A stretch of DNA of 63,641 nt, filler included, from Jimgerdemannia flammicorona (lineage: Eukaryota): assembly GCA_003990765.1 (NCBI GenBank). It is 3 parts of 3 records of this genome, joined end to end, with 100 filler letters (N's around TTAATTAATTAA, not from the genome) between each part and the next. Parts side by side here need not be neighbours in the genome. Positions count along the whole stretch, not along the records: positions 42,500 to 63,641 come from RBNJ01001518.1; 2 more parts are not named here. One strand, 5' to 3'. The position numbers and the translations under genes are program-made. Position 1 is the stretch's first letter, and every line of letters begins with the position of its first letter. The notes below the pieces were generated by a model. It searched no databases and was not told the DNA's origin. It was given only the letters and a program-made list of their open reading frames with translations. Below are positions 51,801 through 63,641 of this stretch, one piece after another.

Positions 51801-54644
51801 TTAGAGAGAGGTGGGTATGGAGGCTGATAGATAGAGGAGGAAGAAGAGGTTGTGGACCTCTGCTAGATTGATGAGGCTGTTGAAAGATTGGGCAGATCTG
51901 TTGGCCCTGGAGAGGGTGGAGGATTGGAGATTGTTATGGGTGAAAAAGGAGGTTGTGAAGTTACAACAGGTATTGCAGAAGGAGAAGGAAGTGCAGATGC
52001 AGAGTTTGGAAGCATGTCTACATTGGCAGGGGCTGGAGGAAGGAGAGAGGTCCTCTAAGTTTCTCACAAGAGCCCTTCAGATAAGGAGGATTCAGTGGAG
52101 GTGAGAGGGGGTTCTGGATTCTGAGAGACTATTGGTGTATGGTATACATGACATTCTCAGATCATTAAAGAAGAGGTGGAGTGGCTTGTGGAGTGAGAAG
52201 GAGGGTGGGGCTGAGGCTGCCACCATTGATCTTGCCTTGAAGGATTAGTACCCACTATAGGTGGAAGGGCTAGGCAACCTGGTGATACTGGTGAAGGAGG
52301 AGGAGATTCACCAAGTTCTTGCTACAACTATACTAGATACAGCACCAGGGGAGGATGGCCTGCCCTGGGATTTCTGGAAGAAGATGGTAGACATTCCTGG
52401 TATACTGAGAGAGTTGAGGGCACTATGTGACTCAGTACTATAGTCTGGAAGATTGATAGGTGAGCAGGATTTAGGGCTAATAATGCTGCTATATAAGAAC
52501 AAGAGTAGGAGATAGGACTGGAAGAACTGGAGGCCAATCATGCTACTGGATATAGACAGGAAGTTGATTACTAAGATGGTGGTAGTAAGGCTGCAGAAGG
52601 TAGCCCAACAGATCTTGGGGGTGGAGCAGTGGGGATTTGTCAGGGGCTAACTCATTTGGGATAGTATGGCTTGGATATATAGTATTATTGAAGGGGTGTG
52701 AGTCTGTGGACTGGATGGGCACCTGGTCTTCTTGGATCAGAAGAAGGCATATGACTATGTTCAGAGGGTCTGGTTGGCAAAGGTACTAGATAGGATTAGC
52801 ATCCCTCAACAGTTATAAGTAACAATGGTCAGCCTACTGAAAGGGAGCAGAGCTGTACTCATGTGTAATAGATATCAAGAGATGGCTTTTTCTCTGGGTA
52901 GGAATGTTCCCCAGGGAGACCTACTGTCTCCTATCTTATATATACTCTCCTTGGAGCCATTAATAGATAGGATTTGGTAGAAGATAGGAGGGCTTTCAGT
53001 ATTTAGCATGGAGTGGAAAGTTGGTGTCTTTGTAGATAATATGGTAGTCAGTCTGGGCTTAATTACTAATGTTGAGAAATTAAAAAAGACTATGAAGTGG
53101 TATGAGATATACTCTGGGGCTAAACTCAATTAGTACAAGTATGAAACAATATAATGGCCTAGTGGGGGGGGATGTTATTGGAACAATTGTCCCTGCTGGA
53201 GAGGTGGTGAGGTACTTGGGCATTTATCTTTCAGTGTATGGGTCAGTCCTTCCAAAACTCTGATAGGAGCAGTGGGTTGTTGTCTGAGGGGAGGCCCTAT
53301 GGAGCTGGAAAGGCTGCCACTTATCTCTGGCAGAGTATGTTTCCATCTTGAATACTTACTGGCTATCAAAGCTATGGTATTTGGCTTATTATCTGGACTT
53401 CTCAGCCTAAGTGATAAAGAGACTACTGAAATTAGCCAAGGGGTAGATCTGGGCTGAGAGGAGAAGTCAGATTAGTTGGGAGATCTTATCCTTACTGGTG
53501 ATTAGAGGGGGTCTCAGGCTGGTTGACTTCCCAAAGAGATTGTACTATCTGAGAGCATGGTGGCTAAAGAGAGCTACTGAGCTAAGGGGCAGTAGCTGGG
53601 TTCCTCTGTTGAAGAAGGTCTGGGAGATAAAGTCCTCACTAAGAGGCTCCACAGAAGATCTTCTATCCTTGGTTAGACTTCAGAATAATAGATATATACA
53701 GTTTAAGGACTTCTGGTAGAGAGTCACCAATGGGGTATACTGTATTGATATTTGCTAGTAGAGAGATGAGAGAGAAAGACCTTGGGGCCCAGTGATGTGG
53801 TGATGGGACTAAGTGTTGCTGGGGGGCATCCCTCTCATTGACTTTGATATTGGTGATGGGGTTGAGTGCCAGAGAGAGCTGGGGCAGGATCTGTGGCCCA
53901 GCAGATAGTAGTTAGTGAGTATCAGAAAAGAGTGGAACTGGAATAGTATCTGGACCTGGAGTGCTGAGGTTTGGTAGTGACTGCTACTGAAGTATTAGGT
54001 GGTCTGATGACACATGTTGAGGAGAAATGTCATGCTCAACTTTTGCTCTAGCCATCTGGTGAAAGGGAGAAATTTTGACTGTTAGGAGTACTATAATATT
54101 AGATAGGAAGGAGGCTTTGTGCAGATACCTGAATATTGACTGGGAGAGTACAAAGTGCTCAATAACTTCTAGATAGTAGTTGGGAAGAAGTTGGGTATCA
54201 TGTGGAGGAGGAATGGTATGGGGGATTGGTGGGAGAATTTGCAGGATAGATTGGTGGGAGGGGTTGGGAAGGAGTGGCTTACTTTAGAGTAGGTTATAGC
54301 TATATGGGTGGTTGGCAGGTCACTAGTTATTTGTGTTTGAGGATGGGAGATATCTGGGTTTAGAGGCAAAACTATTGTGATGGGAAGGATTGATAGAGGA
54401 TATTTTAATGGGCTAGTGGTATGGTTGGAGACTATAGAGTGGTAGGTGATAACATTTGGTAGATAGAATATATAGACAGAGTGGGGGAAGGGTTGGAGTC
54501 ATGGGAGATAGAGTGATTTTTAAGTATGAAGAGATTGAGGGAGGGAGCTCCCCTATGGGAATTGGATAGTGGGAGGAGATAATGTAATTTTATATATAGA
54601 CTGATAATAAATGGCAAAGTCCAAGTGACTATAAAAAAAAAAAA
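48801..54644 (+). mobile_element. Full-length L1/Tx1-like LINE, decayed, with poly(A) tail and ~15-bp TSD
   Basis: ORF1; ORF2 (APGEDGLP, LDQKKAYD, QGDLLSP); CCAAGTGACTAT-A12; TSD agatcatatttatac (48786-48800) / agattatatttatat (54646-54660). Confidence 0.94.
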
Positions 54645-54964
54645 GAGATTATATTTATATTGTCAAATTCTCAAATAAAGCTCATAATATATATTATAAC
54701 AGCTCATGAGATATAAGAAACTCTATACAATCATCATATGTAAGTTTCTATATCAAATCAATTCTATCTAAAATCTTAGCTATTCAATATGAATAAATAT
54801 ATTAGTTGTATTGATAATCTGATAAATCAAGTGAATTTTCTCAATATATCTGCAGATTGTATTAGTAATAAAAAAAAGATTATAACACTCACAAGAGGAC
54901 TTTCAGATATATATAATATTGTTATTGTAGCTATATATAAGAGCAGTAGACTTATGAACTATAT

Positions 54965-56461
54965 TGTAATGTGCTGGCTCAATGGAGGCAAATTACAAGG
55001 TTGGGGGTTGATATAGTTTAGCTTGAGCCCCCAGTTACTTTGTCAAAAAGCAACAAAATGTTCTAAGATTCCTGAGATCCTTGGTGTTTAGCGGTATAAT
55101 AGTCAAAGCTGGATATCTGCGAGTGGTTTCCTTATTGGGACTGTTCTCTGGGTGTAGTGGTGATTTGTATGTGAATGGGTTTCCTTCTTAGGTCAACTGG
55201 AAATGCCATGATAATTTGTATAGCGCGACGATCTCCAAAAGTATGCAATTTCTGGGTGTGACGGTCTGGCAATTTAGCGGTTCTCCTTCTTGGGTGGTGG
55301 GCAATCTTCATGTAGCGCAGCGATCTCTGTATAGTGTGACAGGTTTCCAAAAGTATGCGGTTTCTGGCGGATGACTTGATTCAGCTCTCTAGGAATTGTA
55401 TGGCATGGATTCTTCTATAGGCTCACTGGGAATAATGAAGAACTCGGATGGCTCTTCTGGGAATGTGAATAACTTGAAAGTGGCAGACAATGTGGATTTG
55501 GCAGGCTTCTTGAAAATGGTGGCTTAACTGGGAATTAACTTGGATGGTGCGAATTCTTCCTGAATCGGCAGGCTCTAACTGGGAAACGGGATGGCGCGGA
55601 TTCTTCCTGAATCGGTGGGCTTCTGGGAAATAACTCAGGTGGCATGGATTCTTCTAAATCGGCAGCTTTGACTGGGAATATGAACTACTGGCAGCGTTCT
55701 TTGGGAAAGGGTCTCTTGGTAAAGTTACATCAAAGACTGGCTTCATTTGCATGGAGTTACATCAAAGACTGGCTTCATTTGCATGGGGTTACGTCATAGA
55801 CTGGCTCTACTGCAAAGTTGCATCAGAAACTGGCTTGAGCAAGGTGGCTTTCTCTTAGGTGGTGGAAAGGCAGAAATCTTCAGGCTTATCTGATAAGCGA
55901 ACCAAGGGTTTCTCTTCAAAAGGCAGTGAAGTTCTTCTTGAACTTAGGCGGCAAGTCTTCAGGCTTATCTGGCAAGCGAACCAAAAACGTAACAAACTCT
56001 TCTTTATATTGGAAAATAGACCAGAGTGGGAATAAGGGGACCAATTGCTCAATCTTTAGAGGCTTCTTTGGTTTGCACTTCAATTCAGACTGAGGTTTTA
56101 TTCACTCTTGCCTCTGGGGTAATTTATACAAGTTGGTTGCTATCTGGTTACTATGTGGCTAACTATAGATTTGCTATCTTTGGTAATGTTTAGGTGTGTC
56201 CTCTGGGTACAGGTGTATCCACAGGACATGAGTGTGTCCAGGACATGAGTGTGTCTGCAGGACATGAGTGTGTCCGCCGGACATGAGTGTGTCCTCAGGA
56301 CACAGGTAAACAATCCTGATCTAGTGTCTTGGCTAATTATAAGTGTGGCAGGCATAAGTAACTATGATACACTGGAAGTCACGTCATGCTGAGTAAGTAT
56401 GCTAATTGTTCGTATCATCTGGCTAAGTTATAATTCAGGTGATATGTTTTGGTTTGTTACA
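54965..56461 (-). mobile_element. Solo LTR (1497 bp) inserted in copia gag
   Basis: TGTAA...TTACA termini, ATAT duplicated on both sides, removal restores the gag frame; TATAAA (~56125) and AATAAA (~56100) on minus; internal ~19-bp and 33-bp repeats. Confidence 0.8.
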
Positions 56462-58914
56462 ATATTCATATAATAATAAGCCTTATAAATGAGAAAATAT
56501 ATTAAGGAAATAGTAGTAATAATGATGAAAATGCTTTTTATGAGTCCCACAGACATAGTATCAAATGAGATCAAAAGTATAGATACAGAAAGTATAATGA
56601 CTATTGCTGGAAAAATGATAAAGAATGTGGTAAAAGTAAATCTAGAAGCTAGTATTAATAATACAAATACTGCTAAAACTAATAGCAGTAGTATATTCTT
56701 TATATAAGTAATACATGTAGATCACAGTTCTACTATCAAATCTATCAACTCATCATCTACAAATTTCAGTCAATAGCAAAATACTTTTCACTTAATGAAA
56801 AGTAGTAATAATATCAGTATTACTAGTAGTAAAAATACCAACAGAGTGAGTAGTATACTTAGCCATATATCTGAAAAATATATCATAAATATAGCTAATG
56901 ACAATGAAGTCTGACTTATAGATTCTAGAGCCATATAATATATAATATAATATTTAGAATAGTTCTCTATATATGAGTCTTTCAAATACTCTATATCTAT
57001 TAAACTAAGAGATAACAATATTATCTATACTCAAGAAAAAGAAAATGTAGAGATATATCTCTATAGTAATATTATAGAACTTACTAGTACTTTTCTATAT
57101 ATAATATATATACTCTAGAAATCAGCAAAACCCTCTTTTTAATAAGCAAGATAATATCTTATAGCAATAAAGAGATATATATACTCAAAGAGTATAATCA
57201 TATATAATTTAGATGACAATAAGCTAATGATAGTCTCAAAATATAGCAATCTTTATATAATTAATAGTATGCTAAACAGAAATAGTATAAAAGCCTTTAT
57301 ATATATAACAACTATATTTAATACATCTAATATATAGTATCAATACTTAGAATATATTAGCAAATCAAGCCTCAGAAGGATGATCTAAAGCAGTTTGGTA
57401 AAAGGATTACTGATATATATACATCTGAAGGATAACTTTTGTAAGATATATATAGAAAATAAAACATCTTGGTAACTATTTAAGAAATAATAAAAGTATA
57501 TATCTGAGATTTTTAACCTATATATATAGATATATATAAGCTAATATATATACTATTATACTCTAAGAAGAAATATTTTATTATATTTATTAATGATTAT
57601 AAGTACAAGACATATATATATATATTTCTTATTGATAAAGAGCAAAGCCTTGGATAAATTTAAAAAATTCAAAATAATTACTAAGAATAAGATAGAATGT
57701 AGAGTATATACTATATAATCAGATAATAGATATAAATACATCAATAATATGTTCAAGCAGTTCCTGAAAAAATACAGTATATACTATCAAACAATAGCTC
57801 TATATATATCTCAGCAGAATGTCATAATTGAGTGATTCAATTATATAGCTATAGAAATAGCATAAATGGTAATTAATACTATTAGATTATTATATTCTTA
57901 TTGGACTGAAGTCATCAACATAGTGGTGTATATCTATAATTGATATATTTTTTGAGTACTAAGCAAGAATTCTAGTAACAATAAGTATAGAGACAATAAT
58001 CTCACTTCTGAAGAATTATGGAGCAGATCTAAGTTAGATGTATCTCATCTATATATATTTGGTTGTAAGGTATATGTTCTTGATAAAAGCAATGCCAATT
58101 GATATAAATTTGAGCTAAAAGCTAACAAGCATATATTTCTTAAGTATTCTGATAAGGCATATTGACTCTGGAATCTATATAAATAGTATATAGTCATTTT
58201 ATATGATATATAATTCAAAGAATTCAAGAGAGATCAGAAGTTCTATATAGATATACTTGTTAGGATTTCTATATTCTAGCTAGTATAAATATAGCAATCA
58301 GAGCAACTATCATCAATCTCTCCAGTGATTAATTAAAATTATTTTCAACTACTATATATATCTGAGTCAGAGTTACCTGAGCTAAGAATAATAGAGATCA
58401 AAGATGAAGATGATGGTGAACTCTCCGGTAATGAGAGATTTTCTATCATTATGAAAAATAAGCAAAAGTACTCTAATATTTACTGAGAAACTTATTCTGA
58501 TTTAGGAAATTATTAAGATATACTGACAAGCTCTAAATAATAGTAATATATAGATCATGTGAGCTATACTGAAGTATATAAATGTATATATATTACAATA
58601 TCTTTCAGTGAGTCAAATATATATAACAAAGCTATAACCAGTCCTTATAGTAAGAAATGAAAATGAGTCATAGATGAAGAATATAATTTACTCATCTAAA
58701 ATAGCATATGGATTTTAGTACATATCTCTTCTACCAAATTGCTAAATAATTGAATCAAAATGGGTCTATAAAATCAAGTATAAGTGATAAAAGTATAGAG
58801 TAATATAAAGCTTATTTTGTTACTAAAGGTTACTTACAGAATTATAGTATAGACTATAATTAGTACTCCGCAAACCCGACCCGATTAACCCAAAACCCGA
58901 CCCATAAAACAGCC

Positions 58915-59230
58915 AACCCGGAATTAGACGTCACCCGTCTTTAACCCAACCCAGAATTATATGTCACCCATCTTTAACCTGACCTGGAATTATACGTCAC
59001 CCGTCTTTAACCCGACCTGGAATTATATGTCACCCATCTTTAACCCGACCCAGAATTGTACGTCACTCATCTTTAACCCGACCCGGAATAATACATCACC
59101 CATCTTTAACCTGACCTGGAAATGTATGTCACCCGACCTGTTATTTACCCTTAACCCAAACCTGAACCCGACCCCTGAACCCAACCCTGAACCTGACCCC
59201 TGAACCCGACCCTGAACCCGACCCTCTGAA
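58915..59230. repeat. hAT subterminal arrays: 33-bp unit x~7, then 12-13-bp TGAACCCGACCC units
   Basis: Directly visible tandem units. Confidence 0.93.
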
Positions 59231-59304
59231 CTCTGCTCTGAAAAATGATTCGGAAAATATTTGGATAATATTCAGAGTAATTGAAAGTGAAAAATATCTG
59301 AAGA

Positions 59305-61627
59305 TTACCAAGAATCCAAACACATGCATGCACGAATTGTATTTATACACAAGCTGTTTCAACGTTCAGTCACTAGCTCACCAGCAATAGAAAAAATACG
59401 TTCAGATAGAACAGATGTTGCCAAAATAGCAAGATAATCGTGAGCCATTCATGAAAGATTAGGATATACCAACTGATTTCGCCACCACCAATCCAGTATA
59501 TCTATACGAGGATCAGCTGGATTCTCTGACAAATAACTGAAACAGAGAAATATGAGTGAAAATTAACCAAGCCAATCAAAAAACATAAAAACAACACCCA
59601 CCATTCAAGCTCATCATCCACATCGATGCGCTGTTTCTTCTCATATATTGAGTTGATAAAATCATCGGCATCACGAGATATTGAGGGTATAATGATAGCA
59701 TTAACAGGCTTATACTTCTTTTCCCAGATATGTTCCATCTGATTCTTCCATTTATCAATTAAGAATTTTTTCTATTGCTCACGATGGAAATAACGTATGT
59801 TGATACGTGGATCTAAGGCCGAAGCTATGCTGTATAATGGTATCATCTTGCAGTAATACTTTAGAAGTTTCGTACATGCATTCTCAGCAGCGGTAAGTAT
59901 TATCTATAAAAAATAAAAATATACACATATTACTTCCCAATTACATACTAAATTAGTTCCTAAATTTATAAATAAAATTACTTTCAAAATCATATATATA
60001 CCTGATTAAAATGTTCACCAGTTTGATATGTATCGATGACATCTTTGAGGTGATCACATAGCTGATTAAATAGTGGGATAACAGCCGCTATTGTAGGATA
60101 CTTCGAAGCTGACATCACAGTTGTCACTTTGGCAAAAGGCTCGAGAAATTGGCAAATCAATTCAAATTGTTGCCATGCATCTTCAGATATATCGCTCATT
60201 TGCTTATCCATAGCACACAATATATCCAAGCCCTATTTGGATGTAATATCAATTTATTTAGTACCAAAATACTTCCAAATTGTATTCCAAAATCTATACA
60301 AATAGATTCAAAATCTTACCTTACGAATCTCCAGAGCATGCGCTAACATTTCATGTGTAGAACTCCATCTTGTCATAACATCTAAGAGAGGCTTCAAAAT
60401 GGGAATTCCAGAGGATTCACAGACCTTCACCAGTTGTGCTTGTCGTTGCACTGAATTTTTGATCTTCTTTATTAACTCCTGTAGCTTTCCAATGGGCTCG
60501 CTAAGAGAACCAAGAGCATCATGAATGACGAGATTCAACACATGCCTGAAACAGCATACATGAGCGAGCGGATGATGGAAATTCTCAAACAGAGTATTGT
60601 TGTTACTGGCATTGTCACACACAACAGCAATGATTTGATTGTCACTAGGCAATAAATCATCTATTACCAGCTCCAGACTTTTCGCAAGATTGGTACCCAT
60701 GTGTATTATTTTGCTGATATTTACAAAGTCTAAGATAATGTCATGCATCTTCCAATCACTGTCAATCCAATGGGCTGTTATTCCAAGGAAAGCCTTGATG
60801 TTAACGTCTGATGTCCAACAATCAAGTGTAAGTGATACCTTTGACTTGAGCCCTGCTAGCCTTGCTTTCACTTGAGTCTGCAATAGTTCGAATTTCTTTC
60901 GAATAACTCGTGAAATCGTATCAGCCGATGGAAGGGCCAGATCAGGGTGTAATATGTGAAGGAGATACTTGAAGCCAGCATTTTCGATAGTGGAGAATGG
61001 CTGATATCCAGTGACAATGAAGTTGGCAATTAACCGACGGAAATTTTCATCACTTAAAGTCTTGCTAGTGTGTTCCTATTTGTAATAATAAAATTTGATC
61101 AATTATTTTTCTAATAACCTCCTAAGTACTTCCCGAATTCCATTCTATCCATACTTACAATATCATCTTTCTTAGACCAGCGAGGATTCTCAGCATGCTG
61201 GAGAGGTAAGAGCATGGCATTGTGATGCTTCCAGAGATGTCGTTTAAGATTGTTGATATTGCCGTCCTTTGATATATAGCTCCAAGTCGTGCAATGATTG
61301 CAACTGATGAGCTTACTTTGTAAATTCTATTTGAATAGAGAGATATGAGACTATATTAGAACCTCAACCGCTTACAACCAACCACCCACCCTTACGACTG
61401 AGACCAATCACCCCTATGAATTCAACCATTAGCACAATGTATAAAACTACCTTTGTGGTATGATTCCACACCCAGCTATCACCAGGTTTTGTTTTTATTT
61501 TTATTCTCGTGCTTGTTGGTGATAACGAACTGGTGGAGATATCTGATATATCCTCTGATATATCCTCCAATATATCATCTGACGGTTCCAAGATTTCTCC
61601 TAAATGTACTTCTTGATCTTTAGACAT
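59305..61627 (-). pseudogene. hAT transposase, about 6 exons, near-intact with ~3 nonsense changes
   Basis: BED finger (WVWNH..CNHC..NLKRHLWKHH), LDCWTS, CDNASNN, CFRHVLNL, TRWSST, LDPR, ILDWW..YPNLS..ATSVLSERIFS; GT-AG introns. Confidence 0.92.
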
Positions 61628-61691
61628 TTCGAATGTTTGATGATGGCAGGGACTGGGAGCTTGAGTGGGAGGCCGAGAGCTGGAAAGTGGC

Positions 61692-63641
61692 CATCTTTCT
61701 CTGATAACATTCAGGTTACACAAGACTCAGACAACACTTTCTACAACGTTTTTGGTGTCCAGCGACTAACAATATGGACGGCAATGATCGATCTGGTGAG
61801 TGTACTGGCCAGGGGGGTGGCGGCACCTTTGGCTGACAGTAGGTGGGGAGGAGGGAAGATGGTTTGGGGATGCCAGGGGCCTCGATGGCTAGCCGGGGCC
61901 CCAGCAGCGGAGGAAGGGGAGGTCTGAGGCAGAGAGGAGGGGAGAGGACGACCTTTGCTGACAAGGTCAGAATGGGGGCGATGGCTTCTGGGCTGGATAG
62001 TTGGCTGGGCCTAGGGAAGGCGTCGAGGGCTACTACCGGGGGTCAAGGAGGTGCACCCCAGGGTGCTTCTGGTGGTAGGGAAGAGGCCGGAGTAGGGGCT
62101 GGAGATGTGACGGTTGATGGGGCTGTGACTGGGGATCTGGCAAAAAATCCAGATGTGACGGCAGTTGGCAATTTGGGACCTGGAGTGGGCACGAGGCCCA
62201 GGGACCTGGCAGATGGAGTGACGGGCATGGTGTCAGCCCCGTTGCTCAAGAAGTCGAGGTCTGAATTCGCGGTCATGATGTGCTTCCGGGGCTTGGCAGT
62301 GACGGTGAGGATGATTTTGGGGCTGGTGGCGCAGGAGGCTAAGGGAGCAGTGTCAGTGAAGTTTTTGAGGGAAAAGGAAGGGGTTGAAGTGGGGTTCGAG
62401 GAGGAGGATGCCTTGTTGGCAGCCATGGAGAAGGGGGTGATGGTTGGCGGGGTGGTGGTCCCTATGACTCGGTGTATACGCTGGAACCCCCAGGTGGTGC
62501 AGTTGACGGTGTTGGACCTCTCTACGGTGTCGAAGGAAAGGACCAGGGAGTTGGTTGTAGAGGCGATAAAGGAGTATAGAGAGATTGTGGACATAGGTTT
62601 CAAGGTCTGGGAGGGCACAGAGCTTAGAACTGGAGACGTCGATGTCAGGGTGAGACTGGCTGGAAAGGAGAATACGGGGAAGTCGAGGGACTGGCCAGCA
62701 GCGCTGAGGTGGGGACCAGTAGAGTGTAAGGTCGCTAGGGTGAAGGGGACTCAGGAGGAGGAGGAGGACTTGCTGGAAGCTCTGGAGGACCTGGAAGGGG
62801 CTGTTGCAAGGAGGAGATTAGCCTGGAAGGAGTTCGAGGCCAGGACAGTGGTGGGAGAGGTGGATGGGAAGAGGGTTCGGATGGAGAAAGGGGCCTAGGA
62901 GAAGATGCAGGGGAGGAGGATTCAGAAGGAGTTGTTGGCAAAGTTGGATGGGGGTAGGGCTGGTGGAAGCTCCAGAGAGGGAGCTGCAGGGTTACAGGAG
63001 AGTGTCTGGGCAGAAGGAGGAGAGATGGCCTAGGGCGGGGCTCTGATTGGAGGCAGGGAGGAGAGGGAGGTTAACCTGGAGGTGGATGCCGAAATGGGGG
63101 ATGGTGGGTGCCCTCAGTATAGTGTGCCGAATGGGGCGGGAGGCGAGGATGTGCCGGATGAGGAGTGGGATGAGTCAGTAAGGAGGAGCGCATTGGTGGA
63201 CCCCGAGGTGGATGGGGGACGAATTGCTCAGGGGGCGGCGGAGGCGGTCAATGAGGAGAAGTGGATGTGGAAGACCCTGGAAGGGGTAGCGGCTGAAGAG
63301 CTGGGGGGTGAGGACTTCAGGGTGATGGAGGAGAGGCATTGGGAGGAGATTCTACATGGGGAAGAGGTGCCGAGGAAGATGAGGAATGAGATCCTGGCGG
63401 TCCTCTTGGAGTCAGTTGAATATCAGGTTGATGATCAGCGTGAGGAGGAGCTTAGACAGATTGCGAGTGAGAGGGCACTTGTCTTGTGGAACTCAAGGAA
63501 GGGACTGGAGAAGTGGCGCGTGGTCTGCTTAGATTATAGGGCAGATATGAAGGAGGTGGACAGGGTGGAGTGTCAGGAGATCTTGGGGGCACTGGATGCT
63601 CGGGATATTGAGGAGGGGGAAGTGGAAGCTGAGCGGCTCTT
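61692..63641 (+). mobile_element. Younger L1/Tx1-like LINE: 5' UTR and ORF1, running off the window
   Basis: 5' CTTTCTCTGATAACATTCAGG; ORF1 from ATG 61774 in one frame with only 4 stops (61834, 61840, 62896, 63031); CpG retained. Confidence 0.92.

Larger units (their letters stand above)
42539..58860 (+). mobile_element. Ty1/copia element split by nested insertions (pieces 42539-42626, ~48386-48800, 54645-54964, 56462-58860)
   Basis: Split 5' LTR, PBS GGTTATGAACTCC (~48461), gag FNRNNYVIW, protease *LIDSRA (~56915), integrase region, and an RT start matching 1217-1520. Confidence 0.85.
58861..61691 (-). mobile_element. hAT DNA transposon; 3' terminus at 58861, 5' part interrupted by a LINE
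   Basis: Terminus TAGTACTCCGCAAACCCG, subterminal repeats and a transposase gene. Confidence 0.93.

Noticed and set aside
58915..59135. 33-bp array as a CRISPR array
   Set aside because: Head-to-tail units with no unique spacers, next to a hAT terminus, in eukaryotic context with no cas genes
59140..59230. AACCC-rich units as telomeric repeats
   Set aside because: 12-13-bp hAT subterminal units, not (TAACCC)n

Overview
Eukaryotic, very probably fungal, repeat-rich scaffold with two 100-nt gap linkers. About 85% (rough estimate) is nested, transition-eroded transposons (CpG nearly eliminated; many CAG/TGG/CGA-to-stop changes): Ty1/copia with ~125-140 bp LTRs, a Ty3/gypsy chromovirus whose ~2-kb LTR contains a decayed ORF, a 1.5-kb solo LTR, seven L1/Tx1-like LINE copies or fragments, hAT transposons, and a Ngaro-type tyrosine-recombinase retroelement interrupted by an endonuclease-less Penelope-like element (PLE). 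Host-like sequence is limited to a Ran1/Pat1-like probable pseudokinase (5' end disrupted by a fold-back) and a 33-42 kb island. Most notable: (1) two convergent gene fragments made of tandem 84-bp exon + 98-bp intron units, each exon one 28-aa RI-type leucine-rich repeat; (2) a G.A-mismatch hairpin in the PLE that folds on the cDNA strand and accounts for its terminal inverted repeat; (3) the ORF inside the gypsy LTR. All calls come from manual reading and translation; no searches were run, and boundaries of decayed elements are approximate.
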